Shown here one piece after another: positions 15,988 through 18,126 of a stretch of 18,126 bases of DNA (the first letter of the stretch is position 1; every line of letters begins with the position of its first letter). The notes under the pieces were generated by a model that did not search any database, was not told the origin of the DNA, and worked only from the letters and a program-made list of their open reading frames with translations. The position numbers were made by a program, and so were the translations under genes. The stretch is from a virus (lineage: Duplodnaviria > Heunggongvirae > Uroviricota > Caudoviricetes): the IMG/VR virus record IMGVR_UViG_2671180699_000003. One strand, given 5' to 3'.

Positions 15988-16559
15988 TGAACAACTTAAT
16001 GATCGACCTTGAGACGATGGGGAAAAATAAGGATGCACCGATCGTTTCCATTGGCGCGGTGTTCTTCACTCCAGAAACCGGAGACATCGGACAAGAATTC
16101 TATACGGTTGTTAGCCTGGAAAGTGCTATGGGGCAAGGAGCTACACCTGACGGCGATACCATCCTGTGGTGGTTGAAACAAAGCCCTGAAGCACGAGCTG
16201 CAATCTGTATTGATGATACTTTGTCGATCAGCGATGCTCTCTCAGAACTAAATCATTTCATTAACCGGCACGCAGACAATACGAAATATTTAAAAGTCTG
16301 GGGTAACGGAGCCACCTTCGACAACGTAATTTTACGTGGAGCTTATGAGCGAGCAGGACAAATCTGTCCGTGGGCATACTGGAATGACCACGATGTACGC
16401 ACGATCGTTACGCTTGGGCGTTCCATCGGATTCGACCCCAAAATGGACATGCCTTTCGATGGCGAACGGCACAACGCCATGGCTGATGCCCGTCATCAGG
16501 CAAAATATGTTTCCGCTATCTGGCAGAAATTAATTCCTGCCACCAGCACAGAATTATGA
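15984..16559 (+). CDS. DEDDh-type 3'-5' exonuclease, 191 aa
   Basis: N-terminal Exo I motif MIDLETMG; C-terminal GERHNAMADARH resembles the H-x4-D Exo III motif. Confidence 0.7.
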   Translation: MMNNLMIDLETMGKNKDAPIVSIGAVFFTPETGDIGQEFYTVVSLESAMGQGATPDGDTILWWLKQSPEARAAICIDDTLSISDALSELNHFINRHADNTKYLKVWGNGATFDNVILRGAYERAGQICPWAYWNDHDVRTIVTLGRSIGFDPKMDMPFDGERHNAMADARHQAKYVSAIWQKLIPATSTEL

Positions 16560-16595
16560 TTTTCCCGGGTGCAGCCGGTTTTGATGGAGAAAATT

Positions 16596-16877
16596 ATGAA
16601 CACCTTGTTTTTACTGATGGCTGAATTCAATACCCCTAACATTGAACTCTCAGCAGTTAGCCAAAAGTACTTTGGCATGAGTCCAGCCACGGCAGAAGCA
16701 AAAGCAAACGCTTGTAAGTTGCCCGTTCCAACATATCGCATCGGCACATCACAAAAAGCAAAACGTTGCATCAATATTCAGGATCTTGCGGAATACATAG
16801 ACAAAAGACGAGAAGAAGGACGTATCGAGTGGGAACAGGTCAGAACAAGCAAACAGAAGGGCAAAGAACATCACTAA
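16596..16877 (+). CDS. PrtN/AlpA-like small DNA-binding protein (excisionase-like), 93 aa
   Basis: ATG at 16596 with a GGAGA SD. Product MNTLFLLMAEFNTPNIELSAVSQKYFGMS... Last gene of the plus-strand operon, directly before a terminator. Confidence 0.45.
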   Translation: MNTLFLLMAEFNTPNIELSAVSQKYFGMSPATAEAKANACKLPVPTYRIGTSQKAKRCINIQDLAEYIDKRREEGRIEWEQVRTSKQKGKEHH

Positions 16878-16906
16878 ATAAAAAACCCGCCTAAAGGCGG
16901 GTTTTC
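16878..16906. terminator. bidirectional rho-independent terminator
   Basis: A-run, stem CCCGCC / loop TAAA / stem GGCGGG, then TTTT. Lies between the converging plus-strand operon and the minus-strand module. Confidence 0.6.
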
Positions 16907-16924
16907 AAAAAGCACCAGCTATGA

Positions 16925-17098
16925 TCATGCTGCTTTGCGACGACGAAGCTTACCCTGCTGCTCTTTACCAGAGACAGTAGCGTGAGTGAACGCATTAGGA
17001 GCAGCCTTCATCAGAACTTCAACAGCAGCACCCATACCTGCGAATGCTTTCATTGTGTCGAACTTAACCTGTGGCTTGGTTGCTTTTTGATCTTCCAT
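16925..17098 (-). CDS. small ORF, 57 aa
   Basis: ATG at 17098 with an AGGAG SD 7 nt upstream. Product MEDQKATKPQVKFDTMKAFAGMGAAVEVLMKAAPNAFTHATVSGKEQQGKLRRRKAA. Below the ORF-track length cutoff. Confidence 0.4.
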   Translation of the reverse strand: MEDQKATKPQVKFDTMKAFAGMGAAVEVLMKAAPNAFTHATVSGKEQQGKLRRRKAA

Positions 17099-17137
17099 AG
17101 AAAACTCCTGAAGTTATACCGAAACAATTCCTGTTGT

Positions 17138-17557
17138 TTACTCATCATCAATAGATGATACGCAATATTTATTTTTAAATTTAAGGTTCTTTGGCGTAAC
17201 TTCATCAGAGATATCAAAACCGTCCAGAATTCTATTGAATGTAGCTTCTGGCATATCATCATGAACAGAAATCTCACCCGATCGCTGCTTTCTAACCATG
17301 TTATCCACTCGCCAAATTATAGCTTCAGCGTAAACAACATAACTTGGATGCTTGATAAAGCGATGATCACCAGAATTCAAGACGCAAGACGGATCGTGGG
17401 GGACACCATCCTTGATACTAGAAATATTAACAACTAAAACACAATAACAATCGTTAACGGGGTAATAAACAGGATCATTACAAATCACATGAAGATGATT
17501 GCATGGCCCAGTTGGGGCAAGCACAGTTCCTTTCCTGTATGGCTGATAATCCGTCAT
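17138..17557 (-). CDS. candidate toxin partner of the Panacea protein (possible MazF/PemK-like fold), 139 aa
   Basis: ATG overlaps the upstream stop (ATGA). Hydrophobic beta-strand pattern HLHVICNDP...CVLVVNISS...SYVVYAEAIIWRVD loosely resembles Kid/PemK; this is a weak by-eye similarity. Confidence 0.45.
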   Translation of the reverse strand: MTDYQPYRKGTVLAPTGPCNHLHVICNDPVYYPVNDCYCVLVVNISSIKDGVPHDPSCVLNSGDHRFIKHPSYVVYAEAIIWRVDNMVRKQRSGEISVHDDMPEATFNRILDGFDISDEVTPKNLKFKNKYCVSSIDDE

Positions 17558-18126
17558 GATAATTGCAAAGAAAATTCCTTAAGTTTCTGAGATTCTTCCA
17601 TTTTGCCAATTATGCGATTAGCCTCATCCTCGCTTTTACCCTCACTGATCAGCATTTCTTTCAGGTCTATAGGCTTACGAGAATTGCCAGGATCGTGCCA
17701 CTCTGGACAAACGCTTTCTAGATGCGTCATATTTGCGAGATCAAATCGGTTCATATGCCCATACCGAGAATAGATTTCATCTAAAATCCGGATATCTGCA
17801 CGACTCAATTCATCAAAGACCTCGTCTGCATCCATTTCCCTCGGATCTGAACGCAACGATACATTATGCCCGTTCGTCTCTATCAAGTTGTACCAGTAGT
17901 CACCAATGCCTTCAGCCTTACCGCGAATCAAGTTCAGCGTATTCGACATGACTGGTCCAAATTTCATAGAGTAAAGGCTATCTTCGCCGATCATCCTGCC
18001 ATGCTTCAAAATCGACTGGCGGTTAGACAGATAGAGCAACTTCATCAATTTCAGATATGCCATGCGCCCACCTCGCTTAAGAAGTAGGTATGCAGCCATT
18101 TGAGCTACTTTTTCTTCGCAAAACAT
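17554..18126 (-). CDS. Panacea-domain (DUF4065, SocA/GepA-like) protein, putative antitoxin, 190 aa; start at the window edge
   Basis: Motif RMAYLKLMKLLYLSNRQ...MKFGPVMSNTLNLI matches the DUF4065 core. The ATG is the final three bases of the window, so a longer N-terminus cannot be excluded. Confidence 0.6.
   Translation of the reverse strand: MFCEEKVAQMAAYLLLKRGGRMAYLKLMKLLYLSNRQSILKHGRMIGEDSLYSMKFGPVMSNTLNLIRGKAEGIGDYWYNLIETNGHNVSLRSDPREMDADEVFDELSRADIRILDEIYSRYGHMNRFDLANMTHLESVCPEWHDPGNSRKPIDLKEMLISEGKSEDEANRIIGKMEESQKLKEFSLQLS

Overview
The window appears to be two pieces joined across a 10-N assembly gap (1303-1312). Left of the gap (1-1302) is an E. coli-type chromosomal locus: ygeR (LysM/M23 lipoprotein, TTG start), the glyU promoter and tRNA-Gly(CCC), then a short AT-rich stretch with a tiny signal-peptide ORF. 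Right of the gap (1313-18126) is the early/regulatory half of a lambdoid prophage. Its minus-strand rightward operon (10958 down to 1364) is densely packed, with many 4-nt ATGA stop/start overlaps: cro-like, a CII-position gene, a long Rha-domain ORF, an O-like replication protein carrying internal iterons, PerC-like, Dam-like methyltransferase, LexA-N-like, RusA, KilA-N, DUF968/HNH-like, a QuuD-like Q antiterminator, then cargo genes (an unknown 205-aa protein, a 75-aa protein, a beta-class DNA methyltransferase). The plus strand carries the cI-like S24 repressor, a terminator, a pL-like promoter with a palindromic operator, a ~600-nt ORF-poor leader, then yfdP/yfdQ/yfdR-like genes, two hypothetical genes, a DUF551 protein, a DEDDh 3'-5' exonuclease and a PrtN/excisionase-like gene. 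At the far right edge, on the minus strand, is a Panacea-domain (DUF4065) protein overlapping by 4 nt a downstream 139-aa candidate toxin. The most interesting candidates for undescribed biology are that Panacea-toxin pair, the Q-proximal 205-aa gene whose Shine-Dalgarno is locked in a 15-bp hairpin, and the ORF-poor pL leader. All family assignments are from reading motifs by eye; no database search was run.
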